A DNA stretch of 64,000 nt from an uncultured Candidatus Saccharibacteria bacterium (GCA_964402035.1 CAYOAM010000001.1:243558-307557), one strand, 5' to 3'; numbered from the stretch's first letter, positions 21,707-31,138 are shown. Notes: generated by a model from the letters alone, not told the origin. Program-made: numbers and translations.

Positions 21707-21735
21707 AAAAAACACCTCTACTGAGGTGTTTTTTA
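21707..21735 (+). terminator. rho-independent terminator
   Basis: aacacctc-tact-gaggtgtt hairpin, preceded by an A-run and followed by tttttt. Confidence 0.75.
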
Positions 21736-21758
21736 GTATATGCTACACTGTCCCGTAT

Positions 21759-22598
21759 ATGGGTTTTGGGTACAGCGTCAGAAAGCCAGAATACTGTTTC
21801 AATCCAAAGCTGCACAGCAAAGGCAGCAAGAAGCCTTTTAGCATTAGTCGATCAAAAATTGACCTATTTGTTGAGTGCGCACAGTGCTTTTTTCTTGATC
21901 AGCGTTTTGGTATAAAGCGTCCAGATAGTTTTCCACTCACACTCAACAATGCGGTGGATGAGCTCATGAAGCGTGAGTTTGATCTATTGCGTACATCACA
22001 AAGCCCTCATCCGCTTATGAAAAAGTATGGTATTGATGCAGTGCCATTTGCACATCCTGACTTAGAAACATGGCGGGACGCATTGAAAGCTGGGGTGGGG
22101 TATTTGGAACCTACGACAAACCTTTTTATACGCGGTGGGATTGATGACGTTTGGATCAATAGCAACAAGGAGCTCCATATTGTTGACTATAAAGCGACGA
22201 GCAAAAAAGAGAAGGTTTCGCTCGATGCTGCTTGGCAAGATGCATACAAACGGCAAGTTGAGGTGTACCAATGGCTTTTTCGAAAAAACAATTTTGCTGT
22301 TTCTCCGATCGCTTATTTTGTGTATGCAAATGGAGACGCAAGCGCACGCACGTTCGATGGTAAGCTTGATTTTGAAACAACCATAATTTCCTACAAAGGC
22401 GACGACCAATGGATTGAATCTACGATTGTTGATCTACACCGTTGTCTCATGGATGAAGCTATTCCGAAGGCAAGTGTCGATTGCTCGTATTGTGCGTATC
22501 GGCAAGTTGCAGGGAAAATACTGTATATCGACATGTTAAAGAAACGCGGCAGTGTATCACCACGTCCAGTCGTTAAGATCAAGAAAGCACGATCATGA
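21759..22598 (+). CDS. PD-(D/E)xK nuclease, Cas4/RecB-like, with a Cys cluster
   Basis: GIDDVWINSNKELHIVDYKA carries the D...D-x-K catalytic motifs. N-terminal CAQC and C-terminal C-x13-C-x2-C cysteines suggest an Fe-S cluster. Start moved to the ATG downstream of the terminator; the track's GTG start lies inside the hairpin. Confidence 0.5.
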   Translation: MGFGYSVRKPEYCFNPKLHSKGSKKPFSISRSKIDLFVECAQCFFLDQRFGIKRPDSFPLTLNNAVDELMKREFDLLRTSQSPHPLMKKYGIDAVPFAHPDLETWRDALKAGVGYLEPTTNLFIRGGIDDVWINSNKELHIVDYKATSKKEKVSLDAAWQDAYKRQVEVYQWLFRKNNFAVSPIAYFVYANGDASARTFDGKLDFETTIISYKGDDQWIESTIVDLHRCLMDEAIPKASVDCSYCAYRQVAGKILYIDMLKKRGSVSPRPVVKIKKARS

Positions 22599-23176
22599 TG
22601 TATTCATTTCGCATAGAGCAGGCGATACGAGCAGCGGCAGTGCTCCATGGCAGTTCGTCACGTCGTGGTCGCGCTCCCTATCCGCACATCACGCACGCAT
22701 TTGCTGTCTCATGCATTGTTGCAGACTACACAACTGAAGAAGATGTTATTATTGCTGCCTTACTGCACGACACCCTTGACGCCACCAACTATACAGAAAA
22801 TGAGTTAGCAATGGATTTTGGCGATAGCGTTCGGTCTATGGTATCCAGTATTTCTATACAAAAAAGTCTCACATCCGCGGCCGAAGCTGAGGAGCAAAAA
22901 AATATCTTTCTCGATCAGTTAGAGAACGCATCTCAACAATCACTTATTATTGTGGCGGCAGATACACTACACAACATGCGCTCTATTATCGAGGAGTACG
23001 CAGAGGACGCGCAGGGGTATCTTTTAGATTTTGGTGGCTCCGCGCGCGAGCGTTTGGTATATTACCAAAAGTTGAGTAACATACTGAATCGAAGTCTTGA
23101 AAATCCAATTGTCCATGAATTCAATCATGTGCTGCATGAGTTTCGGACATTCTTAGACTATGAGAAAAAAAGGTAA
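22595..23176 (+). CDS. HD-domain protein, small alarmone hydrolase-like ((p)ppGpp hydrolase domain)
   Basis: RGRAPYPHITHAFAVSCIVA...IIAALLHDTLDAT matches the RelA/SpoT-type HD hydrolase motifs. About 190 aa, with no synthetase domain. Confidence 0.6.
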   Translation: MMYSFRIEQAIRAAAVLHGSSSRRGRAPYPHITHAFAVSCIVADYTTEEDVIIAALLHDTLDATNYTENELAMDFGDSVRSMVSSISIQKSLTSAAEAEEQKNIFLDQLENASQQSLIIVAADTLHNMRSIIEEYAEDAQGYLLDFGGSARERLVYYQKLSNILNRSLENPIVHEFNHVLHEFRTFLDYEKKR

Positions 23177-24476
23177 CCTACTTTATACAAGAAAGCATGC
23201 CGGTTTTACGCACGTAAAAACAATCGGGGCTATTGCTGAATATGTGTTTAAGAAAAATGGCTTGCGAGTCCTTTTTAAGGCGATGCCGGGTACCGGCTCT
23301 GTTACTGTTAATATTGTCTACCGTGTTGGTTCGCGTCATGAAGCACGCGGAGTAACGGGCATTGCGCACATGCTCGAGCATATGATGTTCAAGGAGACGA
23401 TAGATAAAACAGGGAAACGTATGAAGCCCCGATATATAGCGCTCCAAAATAAAGGTGCTCTCTTGAACGCCACAACGTCTGATGATCGGACGAACTATTA
23501 CTTTACGTTACCGAGCGAATACTTACCGCAGATGCTTGAAGCTGAAGCCGAGCGTATGCGTGGATTACAACTTACCGCAAAAGAATTTGTGCCTGAACAG
23601 CAGAACGTGCTGAGTGAGTATGAAATGTATAGTGAGAATCCCACACATCTATTACATCGTGCGGTGATTGAGCAAGCGTTTGTCTCACATGGATATGGCC
23701 ATGACACCATTGGGCATAAGTCTGATATAGAGGCGCTTACGTGCGCCTCGTTGGCTGAATTTTATAACATGTACTATTGGCCAAACAATGCACATCTCGT
23801 GGTCGTTGGTGATGTCGCACTTAAAGAAACACTGGGAGCAATTGCTCGCGCATTTGCACACATCCCATCCTCGCCACATACGGTACCAGTAAGCACGACC
23901 ATAGAGCCACCTTGCAGTAGTGTACGGACTGTTACCTTAAAGCAACCAAGTGCTCTTTCACTCACCGCTGTCTCGTATCGTGCGCCAGCAGCAACTGATC
24001 CTATGTGGTCCAGGGCTCGACTCACGCTCGCATACCTAGCTGAGGGGAAACTTTCGCTGTTACATAAACGACTTATTGAAACACATAAGGCATCTACTAT
24101 AATGCCGTACCTCTCTCTGTCCTATGATCCACATCTTTTTACACTTATGACGACCGTATCAAAAAAAAGTACTCCGACTGAGGTACAGCAGATCATACAG
24201 AAATCGGTGGCGGAGCTTGGGGAAAAGATGATATCGGTCAAAGACTTGGCACGCATAAAAAACAAGATACTTTCGGACATACTTTTTGAACGAGACGGTA
24301 CACATGATATTGCGCAAGAGCTCATTGAGTACATCGCTGCGGGAGATTGGACGCTCTATTACACGCTATTAGATTCTATTAAAAAAGTCACTGCACATGA
24401 TGTCATGGCGTACGCAAAACAATATTTGCAAAACGATTGCTGTGTTGTGGGTACTTTTATCGGAACTGATATATGA
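23160..24476 (+). CDS. M16-family zinc peptidase, active subunit
   Basis: HMLEHMMFK inverted zinc-binding HxxEH motif and an NGLRVL N-terminal motif. Confidence 0.8.
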   Translation: MRKKGNLLYTRKHAGFTHVKTIGAIAEYVFKKNGLRVLFKAMPGTGSVTVNIVYRVGSRHEARGVTGIAHMLEHMMFKETIDKTGKRMKPRYIALQNKGALLNATTSDDRTNYYFTLPSEYLPQMLEAEAERMRGLQLTAKEFVPEQQNVLSEYEMYSENPTHLLHRAVIEQAFVSHGYGHDTIGHKSDIEALTCASLAEFYNMYYWPNNAHLVVVGDVALKETLGAIARAFAHIPSSPHTVPVSTTIEPPCSSVRTVTLKQPSALSLTAVSYRAPAATDPMWSRARLTLAYLAEGKLSLLHKRLIETHKASTIMPYLSLSYDPHLFTLMTTVSKKSTPTEVQQIIQKSVAELGEKMISVKDLARIKNKILSDILFERDGTHDIAQELIEYIAAGDWTLYYTLLDSIKKVTAHDVMAYAKQYLQNDCCVVGTFIGTDI

Positions 24477-25738
24477 ATAAAGACCTTGTTACTTATGAAG
24501 AGCGTACCGGAATGCGTATCATTGCCGTAGTTCCAAAAGATACTTCAGTTGTGCGGCTTCGGATTAGTGCATCACTTGGAATTGTGCATGCCGAGAATGC
24601 CGTATTGACAGCGTTCCTTGCAGACATGTTGTTGCGTGGTACTACAAAAAGTTCAAAAGACCACATAGAAGAACAACTTGAAACGCTCGGAGTTGCACTT
24701 GAGATTTCTGCGCAAGATCACCATATACACATTGAGTTCACTACACGCGCCTTAAACCTTACAGCTGCGCTTTTGGTACTTTCCGAAGTTATGGTGTACC
24801 CTGCGTTTTCTGCCACAGAAATTACAAAACTAAAAAAAGAATGTCACGAAGCATTGCGAGAAGAAAAAAATAATTCTCGATTTCTTGCAGCGGCCTTATT
24901 TAGCAGAACGCTCTATGATCGAAACGAATATGCCTATGTCCCTACAGCACACGAACGGGCAAAACTTTTGGATAGTATCGATGGAGCATTCTTACGTAAA
25001 GCTCACAAGGCGCTCCGTAGCGTATCATGGAATATTGGTGTCGCCGCTTCATCGTCTGACCGAAAGCGGGTGCTTGAATCGCTCGCTGCCATGCAGCTTA
25101 AACTGCAGGAGGAGATCCCACTAGCTACACCAATACCACAAACGCGTAAAATGCAGACTCTGTACGAATATGTTCCAAGTAAACAAAATATAGAATATTT
25201 TATTGGAAACAGAATACCAATGACAACAAAGGACGAAGCCTATGTCCCGCTTGCTTTCGGTATTGATGTGCTTGGAAAACGAGGTGGATTTGCTGGTAGA
25301 CTCATGAGTACGGTAAGGGAAAAAGAAGGTTTAACGTATTCTATTTATGCGTGGCTCAAAAATAGTACCTCGACGACGTGCGGCCATTTCAGTATTTGGA
25401 CTTTCTTTACACCAAAAGATAGTGTGCAAGGCCTCGCTTCAACACTACGAGAATTACGATCTATCGTACAGAAAGGTATAACTCCTGACGAACTCACGCG
25501 CTTTAAAGAGCTGACCGCAAATCAATTTAAACTAGCTCATGAATCGACGAGTGGTATGTTGGCACTCTATCACACAGCTCTTGAAGCCGGATCTACGCCT
25601 CAGGATATTGAAAATCGCATGCAAAGGGTAGGGCAGCTGACGCAGGCTGAGGTACGGGAAGCACTTATGCAATATTGTAATCCTGATACCTTGGTGATTT
25701 GCGGAGCTGGATCTACTAAAGAGTTGCTTGAGAAATGA
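24473..25738 (+). CDS. M16-family peptidase, non-catalytic partner subunit
   Basis: M16-like length and predicted fold but no HxxEH motif. Overlaps the preceding gene by 4 nt. Confidence 0.65.
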   Translation: MNKDLVTYEERTGMRIIAVVPKDTSVVRLRISASLGIVHAENAVLTAFLADMLLRGTTKSSKDHIEEQLETLGVALEISAQDHHIHIEFTTRALNLTAALLVLSEVMVYPAFSATEITKLKKECHEALREEKNNSRFLAAALFSRTLYDRNEYAYVPTAHERAKLLDSIDGAFLRKAHKALRSVSWNIGVAASSSDRKRVLESLAAMQLKLQEEIPLATPIPQTRKMQTLYEYVPSKQNIEYFIGNRIPMTTKDEAYVPLAFGIDVLGKRGGFAGRLMSTVREKEGLTYSIYAWLKNSTSTTCGHFSIWTFFTPKDSVQGLASTLRELRSIVQKGITPDELTRFKELTANQFKLAHESTSGMLALYHTALEAGSTPQDIENRMQRVGQLTQAEVREALMQYCNPDTLVICGAGSTKELLEK

Positions 25739-25763
25739 TACATTCATGCGATACTAGAGTCAT

Positions 25764-25994
25764 ATGATGTCACTTTACATAGCGATAACACTCGGTACCA
25801 TTGGAAAACTTATTCTTGGCATTGCGGTATTACGCGTACATGCACACATCCTGAAAGAACATAAAATTGATGCTATAGTACTCTCCGCCATGCGAAGAGA
25901 GCGCTATATCACAGCAGGTGGTGTGGTATTGATACTCATTGGCTATGTTCTTGAAATGCTCTTTTACGCCGGAACGACGATACTGTTTACCTAA
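25764..25994 (+). CDS. small 2-TM hypothetical membrane protein
   Basis: 76-aa ORF with two hydrophobic helices, immediately upstream of alaS. Confidence 0.35.
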   Translation: MMSLYIAITLGTIGKLILGIAVLRVHAHILKEHKIDAIVLSAMRRERYITAGGVVLILIGYVLEMLFYAGTTILFT

Positions 25995-26003
25995 CCCTTA
26001 CCT

Positions 26004-27872
26004 ATGAATACACATCAGATTCGCCAAAAATATTTGGAATTTTTTTCAACACGAGGACACGCTATTATCCCGCCTGTACCACTCGTGCCAGACAATGATC
26101 CCACCACACTATTTGTCTCTTCAGGGATGCAGCCACTCTTGCCATATTTCCTTGGACAACCACATCCCAAGGGCACGCGCGTCGTGAACGTACAACCTTC
26201 ATTCCGAGCAGAAGATATTGAGGAAATTGGCGACAATCGACACACTACTGCATTTGAAATGCTCGGCAATTGGTCGTTCGGAGACTATTTTAAAAAAGAG
26301 CAATTACCGTGGTTTTTTGAATTTTTGACAGATGTGCTGCATCTCGATCCAGCACGACTTTACGTGACGGTCTTTATGGGCGATGCAACATTGGGAATAG
26401 CAAAAGATGACGAATCGATCCTCTTGTGGAAAGAGCTATTTGCATCAAAAGGTATCGCTGCAAAAGATGTCGTGATCGGATCTGAAGCGCAGGGGTATGT
26501 TGACGGGATGCAAGGAGCGCGCATTTTTGCATATGATGCAAAAAAGAACTGGTGGAGTAGAGCCGGTGTCCCTTCGCAGATGCCATCCGGTGAACCAGGA
26601 GGTCCGGATTCCGAAGTTTTTTACGATTTTGGCACTGCTCACGACCCCAAATGGGGTAAAGAGTGCCATCCCAACTGTGACTGTGGACGTTTTATGGAGA
26701 TTGGCAATTCAGTCTTTATGCAATACGTGAAGAATGCTGATGGTTCTTTTTCAAAACTACCAAAAGCAAATGTGGATTTTGGTGGAGGACTCGAACGTAT
26801 CGCTGCTGCGGCGATGGGAGTAGATGATGTGTTTAGGATTGATTCGCTCTATGGTTCTATACAAGCACTTGAAGCGACTTCTGGTGCCTCATATACCGAT
26901 CCTGTATTGCAGGCATCTTTTCGTATTGTTGCTGATCATATGAAGGGTGCGATCTTCATGATTGCAGATGGTGTGCTGCCAGGAAATACTGAACAAGGGT
27001 ACGTATTACGACGGCTTTTACGTCGTTCGATTCGGCATATGGATATGATTGGCGCAGTTAGTTCTGTTGTCACTATTATTACTAAAAATATCGTTGACGC
27101 CTACAAGGACGCATATCCTCGACTAGCTGATGCGCACACCATTATTCTTTCCACGATCTTGGAAGAAGAGGAACGGTTCAGAAAGACACTGGCAGCAGGC
27201 CTCAAAGAATTTTCAAAACTTTCTGCATATGCCATTTCGGGCGCCGATGCCTTTATGCTCTTTTCTACGTATGGATTTCCAATAGAACTTACCCTTGAGC
27301 TCGCTCGCGAACGAGGGGTTGTTGTTGATACTGATGAGTACAAGGTAGAGATGCTGAAGCATCAAGAGCTCTCTCGTGTTGGCGCTGAGCAAAAATTTAA
27401 AGGTGGACTCGCTGATCATGGAGAGAAGACGGTGCACTATCATACCGCAACCCATTTACTGCTTGCAGGGCTACGTAAGGAACTGGGCGATCATGTGCAC
27501 CAAGCAGGTTCGAATATTACGGGTGAACGACTCCGTTTTGACTTTACCCACTCTACAAAAGTCGAGTCAGATGTCTTGAGGCGTGTTGAGTCATTTGTAA
27601 ATAATGCGATCAACACCGGGGCAGTGGTGAATACTGAGGTTATCTCAAAGGAAGATGCTCGAAAGGATCCCTCAATCGAAGGATCGTTTTGGGAAAAATA
27701 TCCTGACCAGGTCAACGTTTACACTGTCACCGGCACGGATGGGACTATATTTTCTCGGGAACTCTGTGGAGGACCACATGTGGAGAATACTCGCGGGATG
27801 GGTACCTTTACCATTGTTAAGGAAGAAGCGGTAGCTGCTGGGATCCGACGAATAAAGGCGACCCTGTCTTAG
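26004..27872 (+). CDS. alaS: alanine--tRNA ligase, short form lacking the C-terminal C-Ala domain
   Basis: Class II catalytic core (FFSTRGH, SSGMQP, WSFGDYFK) plus editing-domain motifs HTATHLL and CGGPHV. Ends at 622 aa. Confidence 0.9.
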   Translation: MNTHQIRQKYLEFFSTRGHAIIPPVPLVPDNDPTTLFVSSGMQPLLPYFLGQPHPKGTRVVNVQPSFRAEDIEEIGDNRHTTAFEMLGNWSFGDYFKKEQLPWFFEFLTDVLHLDPARLYVTVFMGDATLGIAKDDESILLWKELFASKGIAAKDVVIGSEAQGYVDGMQGARIFAYDAKKNWWSRAGVPSQMPSGEPGGPDSEVFYDFGTAHDPKWGKECHPNCDCGRFMEIGNSVFMQYVKNADGSFSKLPKANVDFGGGLERIAAAAMGVDDVFRIDSLYGSIQALEATSGASYTDPVLQASFRIVADHMKGAIFMIADGVLPGNTEQGYVLRRLLRRSIRHMDMIGAVSSVVTIITKNIVDAYKDAYPRLADAHTIILSTILEEEERFRKTLAAGLKEFSKLSAYAISGADAFMLFSTYGFPIELTLELARERGVVVDTDEYKVEMLKHQELSRVGAEQKFKGGLADHGEKTVHYHTATHLLLAGLRKELGDHVHQAGSNITGERLRFDFTHSTKVESDVLRRVESFVNNAINTGAVVNTEVISKEDARKDPSIEGSFWEKYPDQVNVYTVTGTDGTIFSRELCGGPHVENTRGMGTFTIVKEEAVAAGIRRIKATLS

Positions 27873-28032
27873 AGCCTGTTCACGATCTTCCCCCTGTCCA
27901 GATAATCCATATTTTTAGCTGCAAAAATTCGCCTCGTTTTCAACATAATTTATTATGTTTCAAACTCCGACTCTTTTTTCGCTTAAAAATAAGCGACTTC
28001 TGGTCTGTAGCACGAGATCGTGAACAGGCTCT
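27871..28032 (+). repeat. perfect 17-bp long-range inverted repeat enclosing 128 nt downstream of alaS
   Basis: agagcctgttcacgatc (27871-27887) and gatcgtgaacaggctct (28016-28032). An internal small hairpin tcgctta-aaaaa-taagcga at about 27979-27997. Confidence 0.6.
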
Positions 28033-28099
28033 TAGGATATCCCCACACATTAGAAAATCTAGTGCTAGTTAAACCACTATGACTCTATAATAGAGAGTA

Positions 28100-29290
28100 A
28101 TGTGGGCGAAAAAAAATAATGAGCCCGGATACGGTGCAATTATAGATGTGCATTCAGGTAGCGTGGGGATTGCCATTGTCTATTCTGATCCCGCTTTGCC
28201 AGAGCCAGAGATCATCTACGCTTTTCGAGAGTACATAAAAATTAGTCCCCACCCTGATAGTGCTGGTCTTATTAGGTCGTTACGACATGCGCTTTTTAGC
28301 GCAACACTACAATTCTCTCAAGAAGGCATACAGGCATTAAAGACGTACGATCCAGACGCGCAGCTACGAAAACTGTTGGTGGTATGCGGCGCTCCTTGGG
28401 CGCACACTATGACACGCTACATACACGTTGAAGATACGGTACCATTTGTAGTGACTGAAGATAAAATGAAGTCTTTGGTCGAAGAAGCTGAACGAAAGGA
28501 TACTGAAGAACTACTTGCGCTCGACATATTACGAGAGTTGGATGTGACTCTGGTTGAGCGTGCAATCGTCAATGTTTCAGTGAATGGATATTTAGTAGAT
28601 CGGCCGTACGGCAAAAAAGTCACTGAACTGAGCCTTGCTCACATATCAGGCCTCATACCACGCGCTATTGTAGAAGCGGTCGATGATATTGAAAATAAGG
28701 TTCTCACACACACCAAAAGAACAACACATACATTTGCGCTGGTGCTATTTTGTGTGCTCCGTGACATGTATCCGCATACAAAAAACGCTATCTTTGTCGA
28801 CATATCGGGAGAAGCGACAGAGCTCAGCATCATGCAGGACGAAGTATTACTCGATACGTACATGTTTCCATGGGGAAGCCATACGCTTATCCGCGAAGTA
28901 GCAAATCATCTAAAAACATTTCCTGATGAAGCGCTCGGTCATATCAAAAACTTCAGTGACAATAGTCCAGAGAGTGTTCGTCTAGCGGTTGCAAAGGCTT
29001 CCGAGATGTACCTTTCGGAACTGAAATCCGCTTACGCGATACTTTCTAAAAAATACGTCATCCCAAAGCATTTTTTCTTGACTGCGAGTCGCAAATTGGA
29101 TACTTTTTTTGACAATCTAGTACGAGAGGCTTCAAGTCATTACTATGGAGAATATGGGTCCTTTGTGTCGCTTCATAAGTCATTTGAGGAACATGAAATG
29201 CCCACAAAAAAGGAGATCCCTGATATATTTTTTGTTACAGAATCTCGTTTTTTCCACAAACTTCACGGATGTGGAGATCTGATGCGATAA
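28100..29290 (+). CDS. actin-like (ASKHA) ATPase of the FtsA/PilM clade
   Basis: Phosphate-1 IIDVHSGSVGIAIV and phosphate-2 IFVDISGEATELSI motifs. Domain order is consistent with FtsA/PilM. TATAAT lies 8 nt upstream of the ATG. Confidence 0.5.
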   Translation: MWAKKNNEPGYGAIIDVHSGSVGIAIVYSDPALPEPEIIYAFREYIKISPHPDSAGLIRSLRHALFSATLQFSQEGIQALKTYDPDAQLRKLLVVCGAPWAHTMTRYIHVEDTVPFVVTEDKMKSLVEEAERKDTEELLALDILRELDVTLVERAIVNVSVNGYLVDRPYGKKVTELSLAHISGLIPRAIVEAVDDIENKVLTHTKRTTHTFALVLFCVLRDMYPHTKNAIFVDISGEATELSIMQDEVLLDTYMFPWGSHTLIREVANHLKTFPDEALGHIKNFSDNSPESVRLAVAKASEMYLSELKSAYAILSKKYVIPKHFFLTASRKLDTFFDNLVREASSHYYGEYGSFVSLHKSFEEHEMPTKKEIPDIFFVTESRFFHKLHGCGDLMR

Positions 29291-29314
29291 AAAGGGTGTA
29301 TACTTGTTTTATAT

Positions 29315-30712
29315 ATGGCTCAAAAATGGAATTTACAGGATATCGTTCCTCCTGAACGTCAAAAAAAAGCCCCACAAAAGGATACCAGTGTACCTATTCG
29401 GACGACGGCTGTGCGTCAGGCACCACAACGAATGAATGAAGCTGTGCGTCCGGTGCAGCAACTGCCACAAGAGCGCGTAACAACGACATCGGTAGGTGAA
29501 CACTATACTGAAACAGATGCTGTTGTATCGCGCCTCGACATAACTGATGGCAAATTGGCACGTATACGTCGTTATATTTTAAGTGCAGTACTCCTCGCTA
29601 TTATTGTTGGAGGTGGATTTATAACAACAATACTTTTGAGCGGTGCAGAAATCACTATCACACCAAAGATTCATACGACCACCGTACAGGCGGTATTTGA
29701 TGCAAAACTTAAACCTGGCACCACTGACCTTGGATATGAATTACTAACACTAGAAGAAGAGTCAGAACGTCAGGTGGCGGCAAAAGGACAAGAAGAGGTG
29801 TCTGAAAGGGCATTAGGGTCCATCACCGTATATAACGCATTTAGCACAACTCCACAGCGTCTCATAAAAAATACGCGGTTTGAAACAAAGAGTGGTCAGA
29901 TCTATCGTATTTCTGATTCTATTGTTGTGCCTGGTTATAAGAAAGACGCGAACGGAACCGCTATTGCTGGTTCTGTAGTGGCACAAGTTTTTGCAGATGG
30001 AGCCGGTGAAAACTACAACATCAAGGAAGACATGCGACTCACGGTGCCTGGCCTCAAAGGTACCGACCAGTATGAACTAATCTATGCAGATGCCAAGAAG
30101 GATAGCGTCCAAGGTGGTTTCGAAGGAAAGAGGTTTATTATAGATGAAGATGAGCTCTCTACAACGAGACAAAAGCTGCAAACTGAACTCCGGGATAAAC
30201 TATTGGCGCGAATAGCTACCGAACGACCAAACGGCTTTATAGCATACAACCCCGCTATTACATTTACATTTGAATCACTACCCGTTGTTGATGCTGGTGG
30301 AAAAGCAGCCACAGTAAAGGAGCGTGTTCGTCTCCATGTACCGTTGTTCAACGAAGCAAGCTTCGCCTCGTTCATTGCAAAGAGTGCGGTACCGAGCTAT
30401 GGGGGAGAATCGGTGCGTATTAAGGACCCTAGCACGCTTACCTTTAGCTACGAGCAAGGTTCACTTGAAGACATATCGACAAAAGAAAACATTACCTTTA
30501 AACTCTCAGGTCCAGTAACAGTCATCTGGAACTACGATGAAGATGCTCTAAAGAAGGACATAGCTGGAATTAGTGAAGATTCACTGCCAAAAGTCCTAGC
30601 TGGTTATGCCGGCATAGATAAGGCACAAGCCGTAATCCGACCCCTTTGGAAGAGCACTTTTCCCTTGGAAGTATCAGAAATCGAGGTACATGAGGTCATT
30701 TTAGGGCAGTAG
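29315..30712 (+). CDS. bitopic membrane protein, large extracytoplasmic domain, hypothetical
   Basis: About 85-aa Pro/Gln-rich cytoplasmic N-terminus, one TM (ILSAVLLAIIVGGGFITTILL), and a roughly 350-aa beta-rich C-terminal domain. Confidence 0.45.
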   Translation: MAQKWNLQDIVPPERQKKAPQKDTSVPIRTTAVRQAPQRMNEAVRPVQQLPQERVTTTSVGEHYTETDAVVSRLDITDGKLARIRRYILSAVLLAIIVGGGFITTILLSGAEITITPKIHTTTVQAVFDAKLKPGTTDLGYELLTLEEESERQVAAKGQEEVSERALGSITVYNAFSTTPQRLIKNTRFETKSGQIYRISDSIVVPGYKKDANGTAIAGSVVAQVFADGAGENYNIKEDMRLTVPGLKGTDQYELIYADAKKDSVQGGFEGKRFIIDEDELSTTRQKLQTELRDKLLARIATERPNGFIAYNPAITFTFESLPVVDAGGKAATVKERVRLHVPLFNEASFASFIAKSAVPSYGGESVRIKDPSTLTFSYEQGSLEDISTKENITFKLSGPVTVIWNYDEDALKKDIAGISEDSLPKVLAGYAGIDKAQAVIRPLWKSTFPLEVSEIEVHEVILGQ

Positions 30713-30760
30713 TATGGCACTATTTGACGTCAATTAATAAGTCTGTTAAACTCTTATCGT

Positions 30761-30982
30761 TTGATGGACAATCAGACACAAGAAGACAATCTTACCTACG
30801 GCACCGTTGAGGAGGCCTTGCCTGATGCCCTTTTTCGCGTTCAACTGGACGACGGCAAAAAGACACTCGCATATCTAGCCGGAAAAATGCGTAAGTTTCG
30901 TATTCGTGTACTGGTTGGGGACAAGGTAGGCATGGTTATTGATCCGTACGGAGGAAAGAGTCGCATCACCAAACGAATATAA
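30761..30982 (+). CDS. infA: translation initiation factor IF-1
   Basis: S1-like OB fold. GTVEEALPDALFRVQLDDGKKTLAYLAGKMRKFRIRVLVGDKV closely matches IF-1. Confidence 0.9.
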   Translation: MMDNQTQEDNLTYGTVEEALPDALFRVQLDDGKKTLAYLAGKMRKFRIRVLVGDKVGMVIDPYGGKSRITKRI

Positions 30983-30988
30983 ATATTT

Positions 30989-31105
30989 ATGAAAGTACGA
31001 TCATCCGTAAAAAAGTTTAGTCCCGACGACAAAATTGTGCGTCGTCGCGGTCGTATTTATGTGATCAACAAGCTCAAGCCTCGACATAAGCAGCGACAAG
31101 GTTAG
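30989..31105 (+). CDS. rpmJ: 50S ribosomal protein L36, zinc-less (C-minus) form
   Basis: Hand-translated ORF below the 60-aa track cutoff: [38 protein letters not shown]. It sits in the canonical infA-rpmJ-rpsM position. The three Zn-ribbon Cys are replaced by S, D and N. Confidence 0.8.
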   Translation: MKVRSSVKKFSPDDKIVRRRGRIYVINKLKPRHKQRQG

Positions 31106-31138
31106 TTATACTCAGGTCTTATATCTCACACTTATTTT

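Noticed and set aside
27876-28026. LexA half-sites (GTTCAC / GTGAAC) inside the arms of the alaS-downstream inverted repeat.
   Set aside because: The half-sites are 128 bp apart and in the opposite order to the GAAC-N4-GTTC operator. This is a coincidence of the IR sequence, not a LexA box.
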